Shown here one piece after another: positions 1 to 11,533 of a DNA stretch of 64,000 nt. The notes under the pieces are model-generated. The model was not told the DNA's origin, searched no databases, and worked only from the letters and a program-made list of their open reading frames with translations. Location: the NCBI GenBank assembly GCA_047495785.1, contig JBLDXI010000017.1, forward strand, positions 3,038,001 through 3,102,000, written 5' to 3'. The stretch comes from Lepidodermella squamata. Its lineage: Eukaryota; Animalia; Gastrotricha. Made by a program: the position numbers and the translations under genes. Within the stretch, counting starts at the first letter, position 1. Every line of letters begins with the position of its first letter.

Positions 1-1305
1 CAATATCCAGCTCATCAAGGCGGTGAACATGAGCTCAAAAGAGTTGGCAAACACCTTGACGATCGAATTGAGATATTTGAGAAACATGCTAGTGATGATA
101 CCTGTTGATGAATAAGGTAGGTAATCGATTTAAATCAAAATTTTCATCAACGCTTGACTCACCGGCAGCACAATTATTAACCATTATGCAAATGACCATT
201 GGCTTGAAAACGGAAAGGAACGCGTCGGACCAGGATGCGTTTATTGAGGAGCCCGAATTGCCGCCGCCAGAGTACATCAGCACTAAAATGTTGCACACGC
301 ACGAGTCGAGATACATGAATATATTTTGAACCATTATATGCGCGTTCTTGCCAGTTTCCTATCGATTTCACAGTTAAACAAAAGGTCAATCACAGGTAAT
401 GTCTCACTCACCTTAAGCAAATATTCATTGTAGACGCCGGCGATGCAGGAACACAAAACTTGGGTAAGCATTAACAAGAAATGAACGTTGAAAAACGAAT
501 GCCACAGAAAATCGGCAGCGCTGCTGGAAGATTCGGCAGAGGCACCATTCGTACTATTTGAACCCTTGTTATCATGAGCGGATGCGAAATTCATTTGTTT
601 GATGATACAGCCCATTGTGAGAACTATAAGCGAAAGCCATTGCATAGGCGTAAGCTTTTTGCGGAAGAACACTTGGAAGGTGGCCCCGGTGAGCAGGACT
701 CGCATTTGTAGCAAAATGAAATACGTGGTCGGGTCATACCAGGCCAAATTTAGAAATGACAAATTGTTGTATAATGCGTAGAGACCAGCTGGGACGAAGT
801 ACCAGATACCCACTAAATAAAATTGTAAGATGCTGTGCAATAAGAAAAGCGAAATTCAACTCACATCGGTAATGTGTCTTAATTTCAGATAATAGTCCAG
901 CCAAACTGCGTCTGAAGTAGAGAGAAAAATTATGTCGATCACTTAAAAATGTAGCTTATTACTCTTGGAAAAGGTAGATTGAAACTGACACCACAAGCTT
1001 GCTCAACTCGGTTAGTAAAACGACCGCGACAATGCTGTAGTCGTAAGTGCTATTCCCGTTCTTAGTAGCAGTGACAAGAATGCCTAGGTGAGAACGGTAA
1101 ATTTGAAAGTCAAATATTTTGTTAGCAACAAACCTTGATTTACGAACAAAGAGACGTAAGTGACGAATATCACGAACGTCGAAAATGTGGGAAACATTTC
1201 GCCGCAGAGGAAGCCATTTTTCTTTCGGGGACTAGTCATGACTTCTTCCGTCAAATCTGTAGATAGCAACAGTTCTTCGTCGGATTTCTTCATGTCGGCG
1301 GTCAT
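1..1305 (-). CDS. Nucleotide-sugar transporter, SLC35A/senju-like (multi-exon, 3' end beyond window start)
   Basis: Spliced exons give FVTYVSLFVNQG, YFVPAGLYALYNNLSF, DPTTYFILLQMRVLLTG, CIAGVYNEYLLK, QNIFMYLDS and ITSMFLKYLNSIVKVFA, typical SLC35A motifs. GT-AG introns of about 50 nt. Confidence 0.9.
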
Positions 1306-1788
1306 ATTCAAGTGAGCTAACTAGTGGCAGCTGGACATACAATGTATCTAAGCAGGGCACTATTAAATGAAAAATATAGTTTGATTAGCTTTCATCATAA
1401 AAATTGTTTGCTCCGTAAAAAATCAGTAGTATGACATGGCTTTAGAATTATTCCATTAGGTGTATAGCATGACTTGCAAGCAAAAAGTTGATAGTTAAGC
1501 ATAGACTAGGAAGGAAAGCGTAGGAACGGCACAAAATATAAGTATCAGGGAAATAAGTAACGATATCACAAAAAAATAGACTCTGTTCACTGTCAACAAA
1601 TATCCAGCTGATATTACTGATGCCGCCAGCATGAATCGCCAGCAATCGAGGCACAACAATTTTTGAAGTTGCGTATAACAGAATGCTTGAGTATGCATAT
1701 ATTCCAGCTACATAGCAGAAAGTCACTTTTTCATCCACATACTAAGCGTCAACTTGAAATTATTAGGTGATGATTAAAATATTTATTT

Positions 1789-2537
1789 CTATAAAACATC
1801 TGAGGTTCTAGTTTCAGGTTGTTCACCAGGGCCAGACGGTTCAGAGGGGTAGAACACCTTTTCCACTTTGGATGTAGTTGACAAAGAAGCGAGGTTTCTT
1901 GTGTTGCCACTGCTTGATGATTTTCTCAGAATACTGGGTTTCGAAGGACTCTGATTTTCAGGATTGAGCTTAGTTCGTTCATTCGACATCGAAATAAAGA
2001 AAGGTTGCGCCGAAGATCTTATTGCATGCTCTTTCACTCTTGTGCGACACTCCTCGGCTTCGGCTTTTAACCTCGCTCGCTCCTAAAACAGGAACAACTA
2101 TTAAGACTTCGCCAAGTTCAACAAGTTAAAAACCTCTTCTTTCATTCGATAATACTCTTCTATTTCGTATTGGTACACTGGAGCAGTAATGCCAACAAAA
2201 TCGGCAATACGACCACCCACGTATTCAGCAACTGAAAAGTACGTATAATGAATATTAATCGAATACTGCAAAGGCATCAACAACACTTACCTCTAAATGA
2301 AGATGAAGCTCCGGCTTTCGCACAGTAAACTGCCCATTGAGCCCATGGCAATGTTTGCTAAAGTAATTATTAGAATATATATTTCATACAAGAATATCGC
2401 GCAATTGAACTCACAGGGTCGATTTCGGGTGTCACCTCCTTGTCCTCCTTATCGTCATCGTCTTCACTTTCACTTGAAGAAAACTCCTCAATAACACCAT
2501 CGCTACAATGAATTACTCTTTTTGGAACACGCTTCAT
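1789..2537 (-). CDS. FAM177A1: FAM177A1-like protein (4 coding exons)
   Basis: MKRVPKRVIHCSDGVIEEFSSSESED...EIDP and AEYVGGRIADFVGITAPVYQYEIEEYYRMKEE match the FAM177 family signature. An additional upstream exon is possible. Confidence 0.85.
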
Positions 2538-3540
2538 CTAAAGTGGAAAAAATAGAATTTTGCAACCGCTGCAAGCTGAACCTTTTCGCGCAGGTAAATA
2601 CGTAGAGCAAATATGACAGCTACAATACTAACAATCGCGAGTAATCCTCATGCTTTACCAGGATTGGAACGGCAAACTGTTAGAATAGCTGCTGTGCTTT
2701 CAATTAAAATTGAGCATACAAAGAGTGAGAAGAGTATGAAATTCTAACTCCGACCAGTGATGGGTATTAGATGAAATAAGATTTCCCCCAAAAATAGACG
2801 AAAATCTAATATGCATTAATTCACTAAATGTGAGCAGAAAAATGTCAGAATCTAACAAGTGCTAATCCGCATTTGGTAGGTTGACGTAGAATGTTTAGCA
2901 TGTTAGATAAACTGCAACCTGAACTTCTGAAAACACGAAGCAAAAATTGTGTATTCATAGAGCAGTCTGAGTCATGAGGAAATCCAAGGTATATTAAGGA
3001 GAGGCTACTTACACGAAGGTCCATGATGCGTCCAAACTAAAAAAGTTCTTGAAAACCCAAATTTCAGCCGTCAAAAGAGGATTTTATTTACATAATTTGG
3101 AAAAAATAACTAGGCTTAGGTGTCTATCGTTTCGTAAGTCATTCAACCAGCAAGAATATTCGCTCAACGCAGAACGCAAAGTAAGCGTTGTCGATTCAGC
3201 TTGGGACTTGCCATCCACCCGGCAGCAAGAAGTGAATAGTTGCAATATGGAATTCCTTGCCTCATTACCTCAAAAACATCCATGACTTGAATTTATTTAA
3301 AATAATGCTTGATAATCATAACGATATCATAATCAAACATATGATCAACTCCGTATAATTCGCCTGTATGATTTGCTCTCTATAAATTTGATGTAAAACT
3401 TTCTTCCTGGGCGCATGTTAGTAGCTAGTCTCTTTGCGTCCCATGCTGTTATAATATAGTCTTCTCTGAACTGATATGTTTACTGATTTACTACTAGCTA
3501 GTCAATAATTAATTCAACTGGGTTAACAGCAATAAAACAC

Positions 3541-3570
3541 ATTGTATTGTATTGTATTGTATTGTATTGT
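3541..3570. repeat. (ATTGT)6 microsatellite
   Basis: Six perfect pentamer copies, read directly. Confidence 0.95.
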
Positions 3571-4334
3571 AAGTGGCGATTTAACATTCACATTTTTCTG
3601 GAGTCGCATGGAGCGCTTCGTTTACAAAATATTAGCCCTAAAAGATTATCAGATGTCTTATTGGTTGAAATCTCATGACGGGGCATCAGGATCAGGGCAG
3701 TATCGCCTCAAATCTCAAATTATAGTTACAATTCTAACTAGGGCGCCGCTGACCGCTGATGTTTCGCATTGACAATGGAGTATCTAAAAACTCTGGAATT
3801 ATATTACCATACCATTAGATGCGACGTTACCCAGATCCCAGATCCTAGCTTGCCTACTAGATAATTTAACCTTCAAGTCGCCGTAGAAGCTTTGGTGTTC
3901 CGCGGTGTGGGTATCTCAGAGGCGGTGTCTCCCGTCTCCCCTCCCATCAGATTCTTCCGCATAATGACCAGACAATGGTTCTAGCCAGGTTCATAAGAAA
4001 GATATGCATAGACATTTCATCATTGAAGATGATATCAAACAGAATAATAATATAACGTCTAATTTTATGGGCAATAGGCCAACAATTCACGGTAGTTATC
4101 TGCAGCTCGGCGGTTCGACACAGTTTCGATTGATTTTTCCGTACACACCCTCTATCTCTCCATTTTCAATAATTCTGAAATATTTTACGTCAGTGTGTTT
4201 TCCTGACAACAATTATGTGCTTAGAATTAATCGATCTTTTATGTAATAATAAAGGTCAAAATTACACGTGCTTTTGCCGCGGAAAATGTTTTATTGACTT
4301 GAACGGTTTTTGCTTCTGCCGCAAGGTTCTGCTG

Positions 4335-4354
4335 CGAAAGTTCTCGAAAAATCT
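4335..4354. promoter_or_regulatory. Heat-shock element (HSF1 site) upstream of STIP1
   Basis: cGAAagTTCtcGAAaaaTCt gives three perfect alternating nGAAn units plus a fourth imperfect one, about 870 bp upstream of the STIP1 ATG. STIP1 is a known HSF1 target. Confidence 0.75.
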
Positions 4355-5223
4355 GCCGTGGAATATATGCCTGGTTGTCACTTTCTTCCAGCATACTGAT
4401 CAGTCTTTCTGACGGTTGATTCTATTTTGAATTTTCTCTGGTTTTATGTTCGGTCGTAAGCCAATTTGTTAAAACTGTGTGCAGCTTTCTTCAGCTGATT
4501 GCTGATTGCCTCTGTTGTGTACCTGATACTTGAGGTAGTTGTCTTGCACTGTTATTTGCAATGGCTACAAAAAGGCTGTTTGAATCACTTTTTAATATCT
4601 TATGTTCAAACATGGATTTCTTATCAAGATGGGCAATTTTCCAGGGCGCAAATAATGTTGTCTCTACGGAACCTTTGAATCTTTGAATCTACTTCCTTCA
4701 CTTTATTCGATTGTGGATTGTGACCTTGGACTGTGTATTGTGGCTGATATCTGTGTAGAGTAATGTTGTTGTAGTCTGCAGCGAAATCCCACGGAAAGTT
4801 TAGGTTGTAAACGCTATTTCAACCATCAGTGACTTGGCTGCATTGCTGCATTCGAGTAGCCTAGATTTCCCGTTTGTAAAACAATTTTGCAAATTTGATT
4901 GTATCTGGAACTTGAATATACTTTAATAAACCTGACGTCTTACCAATTTGAATAAACTTAATAAGATGTCAGGTAACTTTTGCTGACAGGCTATACCTAT
5001 CCATTTCATCTACCATCAATAAACTCCTGCCATTGTGATATATCAAAGCCAATTGAGCGTGACAACAGCTGCAATTTGTAAGCATTAACAATAAATGCCA
5101 CCCTAATTCTTATTGCTCCATGTCAATAATTGATTTTACTGACTAGTTGCCATCCTACACTAGCTATTTTAGACTAATAAGTCAATTTTATTCTGTTTTA
5201 GCAATTTATCAATTAAATAGTCC

Positions 5224-7337
5224 ATGGAAGCTGTCGAAGCCCTGAAAACTAAAGGAAATACAGCGCTCAACGATGGCGATGTCGTTGCCGCTGTTAAATT
5301 TTATTCTGATGCTATAAAGGAGATCGAAAATGTTACTGGACAAGACACCAGCATGTCGAAGGCTGCTATTTTCAGCAACAGGTGCGCTGCTCATTGTAAG
5401 GCAAATGACTATGCTCGTGCCTTGAAAGACGCAGAGGAGGCGATCAAAGTAGCTCCAAAGTGGTCTAAGGTAATAACTTTTATTGTGGGTTCAGTCAGGC
5501 TTTTATTGTTTTGTTTGCTTTGCAGGGTTATTCTAGGAAAGGTGCATGCCTTGCTTACTTGGGGCGCTACAAAGATGCCCTTGATGCTTACAAAGAAGGT
5601 TTGCAACTCGATCCTGAAAATGCATCCATTCAAAGTGGCATTGCTGATGTGGAAAACATGATTAAAGGTTTGAAGTTTGGTTGCATTTTATGAATAAAAC
5701 ATTGATGACGTTTCAAATCTTAGGTCAACAAGAGAAGAGCGTTCCCAACCCCTTTGCCAAACCAGGAGTTCGTGACAAGCTGAAAGCAGACCCGAAGACG
5801 AAAGATCTTTTCAATGACCCTTCTTTTGTTTTCATGATGGATGACATGGAAAGAAACCCAAGCAGTTTAGCTAAGTATCTGAACGATCCTCGCGTTATGA
5901 AATGCTTGAGCGTTCTTCTCGGTTTCGATTTTGATTCGGCTGGCGATGACGAGGATGAGCCTCAGCCCGCTGCCAGGAACGGTTCTTATACAAATGGAAA
6001 CTCGAACTCGACTTCATCCAACAATCAATCGGCCTCTAAGCCGGTAGTAGTATCTTTTATATCAATTATCTTATTATAGCTGTTCTTAATTAGGAAAAGA
6101 TGGAAACCGACGCGAGTCCTCAGCAGTTGGAAGCCAAGGCTGAAAAAGAAAAGGGAAACGAATGTTACAAGCGTAAAGACTTTGACAACGCTTTGAAGCA
6201 TTACGAAAAAGCGATCGAACTCGATCCAAAGGATATTACATATTTGCTCAACAAAGCAGCTGTGTTTTTTGAAATGGGAAATTACGCGGATTGTCAAAAG
6301 ATCTGTGAGCAGGCTATCGAGACTGGTCGAGAGAATCGCGCCGATTACAAGCTATTGGCTAAAGCCTTCTCACGCATCGGCAACATTTACTACAAACAAA
6401 AGGATATCAGAACCGCGTTGATATGGTACAACAAGTCTCTGTCTGAATTCCGTGACGCCGAAATTGTTAAGCGTGTTCAAGAGGTATGATTCTTGCTGAT
6501 CCATTTGCGATGTTTTTATTATGTGCCGTAATGGCCTTTGTTTGTTTGCTTAGATTGAAAAAATCATTAAGGAGGAAGAGCGCAAAAACTACATCAATCC
6601 AGAATTGGCGGAGGTTGAAAAACAAAAGGGCAATGAGTATTTTGCCAAAGGAGATTATCCTGAGGCTGTTAAACATTACAATGAGGCGATCCGTCGCAAT
6701 CCGAGTGATCCCAAACTTTTCAGCAATCGCTCAGCTTGTTACACTAAGCTGATGGAGTTCCATCTCGCCCTCAGTGGTAAGTTTCCTTAGGAAGATGTTT
6801 GTTTGCGATTGGATTATCCGAGCTCTAAATAATTTTTAGATGCCGATGAATGTATTCGAATGGATCCTAATTTCATTAAGGGCTACCTTCGCAAGGGTGC
6901 TAGCCTTATCGCGATGAAAGACATGTCGAAGGCCGCTCAAGTTTACAGGAAAGCTATGGAGCTCGACCCGAACTGTCAGGTATGTTCTGCACGTTGCATG
7001 AATGCACGTCTCGCGGTTACTAACTGATGTGACTTCACGATTTAGGAAGCCATCGATAATTATCGTAAATGCATGATGGCAGAGGATGATCCTGAAGTTG
7101 TGAAACAAAGAGCAATGGCTGACCCTGAGGTGAAACAGATTTTGGGCGACCCTGCGATGCAATTGATTTTGCAACAAATGCAAGGCGATCCGAATGCTAT
7201 CAGGGAGTAAGTTTTTGTATCTGCTGACGAGCAGTGGGTTTTTATTTTGTTGAAATTTATTTAGCCATTTGAAAAATCCCGAAATTGCTGCCAAAATCCA
7301 GAAACTGATCGAAGTTGGCGTTCTCGCCTTCCGTTGA
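5224..7337 (+). CDS. STIP1: Stress-induced phosphoprotein 1 (Hop/Sti1 Hsp70-Hsp90 co-chaperone)
   Basis: TPR1-DP1-TPR2A-TPR2B-DP2 layout: [85 protein letters not shown]. Short GT-AG introns. Confidence 0.97.
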
Positions 7338-7657
7338 CGTCGCCCTCTTCAGGACCGCCGTTTTCTAATTTTGCATCATCACTTGTCGTCTTGTCGGTCT
7401 AAATCAGCGTAGCACATAACATCGCAACAATTCGTAAACAAAATACGTAATTGTAGAGGAACGAACGATAAGAATGATAAGTTTGAGTGAAGGCGTTGCT
7501 GTGTGTGAAAATAATATCCTTGATACTTTGAATGTAAATAGAATCTATGTGATCAATCGTAAAACGGTAGACATGCTCGATTCTTGTCATGATATCAAAT
7601 ATAATAAATTTATTCGCCAGTTTTGTTTTTAACCTCGTGTTTTTCGATCAATAGACG

Positions 7658-8791
7658 ATGAGTTTGATTAATACTGACAACGGGCTACCGCTGCTAATGG
7701 ACGGTGGCCTCGGAATGCAATTGATCCACGACGGATATGAATCGATAAAGGTTTTTGCCGTATTTTATTTGGTTATCAGCAATCAGCCATTACATTTTTG
7801 TGCTTACTCAGAAAAGTCCACTATGGAGCGCGGAGCTGGTTTACACGAACCCAGATGCGATCGAGGCATCTCATCTCAAGTTATCAGTAGCCATTATAAC
7901 TGCTATTATTTTATAACACTCGCGTAATTAGATTTCTGAAATCAGGAGCTCAGATAATTGAAACTGGCACCTATCAAATGAGCTTTGAGGGCTTTCAGCG
8001 TCATTTGAAGCTGAGCTTGTCCGAAACTGAGCGTTACTTTGAAAAAGCTGCGCAGTTGGCGCGTAATTCAATCGAAAACTACAAACTGGTTTGCTTGCTT
8101 CAGCAGTTTCAATTCATTTTTTGTATGCTGTACTACTCAGGCCGGAAATTATGCAAATAGCCGCGTATTAGTAGCTGGTAGCCTTGGGCCATACGGAGCA
8201 CTACTCGCAGATCGCTCTGAGTATACTGGCGCCTATTGGGATTCTGTGCCCCGCGAGCGGATAAGCGAGGAACATAAGAAGCGCATAGCAGTGCTTGTTA
8301 GATCCGGCATTGATATGATTGCGGCCGAAACGCTTCCATCAATCAAAGAGGCGGATGTTTTCATTGAACTGATGGGGTCGCAATTTAAAGACACGCCCTA
8401 TTTTTTGTCTTTTTGCTCTCATGATGGCCTGACCACACCGCGAGGCGAGAGCTTGATCGAATATTTTAAAACGCTGCCCGATGTCGCAGACATGTCTAAA
8501 CTTCTGGCAGTTGGTTTGAACTGCTCTTCCATCGAAACTATTTCTGTGCTCATCAAAAATCTGGCCGGATGTTTGGGAACGCTCGATCCTAGGCTTAAAT
8601 TCGTCTTTTATCCTAACCTAGACGAGCCTCTTTCGTTTGGAAATTTCGAGGAAAGGAAATCATATTGGCGGCCGGTTATTAACTCATGGATGGAAACCCT
8701 TGGAAAATCAAGAATTTATGCTATTGGGGGTTGTTGTTTTGTTTTGAGCGATGATATTCAAGCAATTTCCGAACTTATAACATCCAACTAA
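7658..8791 (+). CDS. Homocysteine S-methyltransferase (4 exons)
   Basis: LMDGGLG, LWSA, GAQIIETGTYQ, VAGSLGPYGA, SEYTGAY, AETLP, and Zn ligands GLNC and IGGCC. Confidence 0.92.
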
Positions 8792-8890
8792 TTTTGGGGC
8801 TGGGACGCACTTGTTTTCTGAATCCCTTATATTCGAATAATTTTATTGCTAATTTGAATTTTTTAGGATAATTTTCTATCCTTTTATTAA

Positions 8891-9529
8891 ATGGAGGAGA
8901 TAACAAAAGAATCTCTGGTCGATGCGGGTGAGGGCTACTTCTTCGAAAGACTTCACGTTCAGCAAACCATGATGCAATCTTTGATGTCTGGTCTGCGGAT
9001 ATGTGCCACTAACTTCGCTCAAGTGACGCGAGTTTACCAGAGCATTGTCGACATGGAGACAAAGTGCCGGGACAAGCTGGAGACCCTGAATAGCTTGGTC
9101 ACTGCCGATAAAGTCGTCAAAATGGCAACTGTCAACCTGTGCGAAGACATGCTCCATGCGGCAGATCGGGAAATGGCAGTGGTCAAGTCGATACTTGCCC
9201 GGACTGATGTATTGATAAAGGAAGTTGAGACCTGCATTTCACAGTACGAAACTTCTCGCAAAAGCCTCGGTGAAATCGAAGAAGCTGTAAGAAAATTTCA
9301 TTTTCAACATACCTATGCATAAAATTTTGTAATTTTATAGAAAGAGGATGAAAGAGTGATTGAGATATTACGAATTACCGACGAAACAGCTGCAGATCTG
9401 ATGAGAGAAATGAACACAGCTCGAGCGACGTATAATGGCCTGATGGATAAATGGTCACAGAGAGCCGAAATTCGGCATAAACTATTCGATGATGTTTCCT
9501 TGGCCCGCAAGCAGATCGGTGTATTCTAA
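8891..9529 (+). CDS. Hypothetical helical/coiled-coil protein (about 194 aa, intron 9287-9340)
   Basis: Two exons join in phase 0 across a canonical 54-nt intron. Amphipathic, charged helical composition; no family recognised. Confidence 0.7.
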
Positions 9530-9954
9530 ATCCTTGCTGAGAGTAGACGATCAAGCGAAAACTTCCACCCTGCTTGTTATGTTCATTCTTTTTCCGCCGC
9601 ATTCCGATACCGCAACGCTTGCCTCCATTCACCGGGCCGATCGCATGTGCTTCCGTCAGAATCGTCAGGGATTCCCGCCAAAATTCATCTAGTATTATTC
9701 TATATCGATATACAAAATTCGCCAGAGAGTATTACTTTTGAGCGTCAATTTTGATATTTTAAATCAGTGCCTTTATTTTCTTTGAATATTAGCCTCTGCT
9801 ATTTTACTGAAACTGCCTGTAACTTTTCACTCCCAGTTTTATATTTCGGAACTTCTTTCAAATAAAAACGTGGTGGTCAGTGCTGATTAAAATTGCGATT
9901 GTTCCCTAGAATTTGTTAATTCGAACTCATCGGTAATTGGTCGCAGGTTCAGGA

Positions 9955-11371
9955 ATGACGACGTTACGGCCGATGTCTTGCCTCGATTTGTTGAAATTTA
10001 ACAACGTGTAAGAAAATTCGAAACGTTTATTTGCAGTAAAGTGAGCGTTGATTCTCTTTTCATCAGAAATCTTGATCATCTGACGGAAACTGTACGGGAT
10101 ATTTACCATTGTTCGATTTGTTTTACTGATTTTTGGTCATTTTTCAGTATGGTATTGGTTATTATATGCAATACATGGCTAAATGGCCTGAATATTGCAT
10201 CGTTGCCGAAGCTCCAGACGGCACTATCATGGGATATAGTTAGAAAAATTAGATTGATTATTGTTATTTTGGCTATTATCATATTTTTCCAGTTATTGGT
10301 AAAAGCGAGGGCCGCGATGAAAAATGGCATGGTCATGTGACTGCGCTCACTGTTGCACCTGCTTATCGACGACTCGGCGTAGCGAAACTGCTGATGGACA
10401 TGTTGGAAACGGTGTCCGAGAGTAAAAAATGTTATTTTGTCGATCTATTCGTTCGGGCAAGCAATACGACAGCGATCGCTATGTACGAGAAGTTCGGCTA
10501 TACGGTTTACCGGCAGGTTGTCAACTACTACACCGGCCCGGATCAAGATGAAGACGCGTTCGGTAATTAAATTCGCGTGTTATCTCCACATTTTTTACGA
10601 CAATGGTAACAGTGGTGATGATGATGATGATGAGCCGCATTTATTACGTTGAAACATCAACAACGACTTGTTTTTGTTGTGTTGACGCGCGTTGTCAGCA
10701 GTTGTTGCCAGTTTAGGTTCTCTAACAACGGTGGAGCTGCCGTAAAATAACCGAGGATCACTATCACTTGGCGGTTAATAATTTATGCGCTGAAATATAG
10801 TAGTAGTAGTAACTCTGAAAACGCGGCCATTATATATTTATGCGCGTTTTGGTTCGCCATCTGTTGGCGCACGCTCTACTGGTCGGTCGAAGCTCATGCA
10901 TCGCGCGGGCCTTTTTGCCATGATGCTATTATTATAGTTATCGTTATTAGCAGCAGTATCAGCAGTGCAGTATAGTGTAGTTGAGCCGTCGCTGCCACTT
11001 GACAGTGGAAATAATTCCATTGTAGTGTTATTTTCTGTTTCTCTAAATAATGCGCTTGGATTCTCTTTGAATGAGCCCGTGCGCGCGCGCGCCACACCAC
11101 CCTGGCTTCTACATATTTGCGGTTAGCGCTTGTTTTTGTCTGTTGACCGCCATCATCATCATTATCATTGGCGCCATTTATCATTATCCATCAGTGACAC
11201 GTCATTACACCACCGCACTTTTTGCGCCATCGCCACTTGTCGTTTTATTTATTATTATTATTATTGTTTTCAACTCTTTTTGCAGACATGCGCAAAGCCC
11301 TCTCGGCCGACGTCGATCGCAAATCTATAATTCCAGTAGGTCACCCTGTGCACCCGGATGAACTTGATTAG
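9955..11371 (+). CDS. NAA20: N-alpha-acetyltransferase 20, NatB catalytic subunit (5 exons; last intron 10563-11285)
   Basis: MTTLRP..FNNVNLDHLTETY, WHGHVTALTVAPAYRRLG, FVDLFVRASN, DEDAF spliced to DMRKALSADVDRKSIIP at 11286. Confidence 0.96.
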
Positions 11372-11472
11372 TTTTTGTGCTTACATTCGCATTGGCGATG
11401 TTCGAAGGTTAAAAAATATCGCTAAAATAAAGTTTCGAATTTCGAAAAATATCCTTACATTTTCTTTCTCAG

Positions 11473-11533
11473 CTCTTTGTTTCCGATTATTTTAGAGCTG
11501 CCTACATTTTTTAAACATTCTCTGTCGATACAG
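11473..11533 (+). other. Probable 5' non-coding exon of the spectrin gene
   Basis: Acceptor tttctttctcag at 11472 and strong donor CAG/GTAAGA at 11534. A matching acceptor (ttatttttag) lies at about 13471, some 100 nt before the spectrin ATG. Confidence 0.5.

Noticed and set aside
10563-11285. Telomerase RNA, RNase P or RNase MRP identity for the NAA20 intron
   Set aside because: No telomere template (e.g. CTAACCCT or GCCTAAGC) and no complete P4 pairing. Fragments such as gaagctcat and the reverse-strand cacgggctcatt lack their partner motifs.
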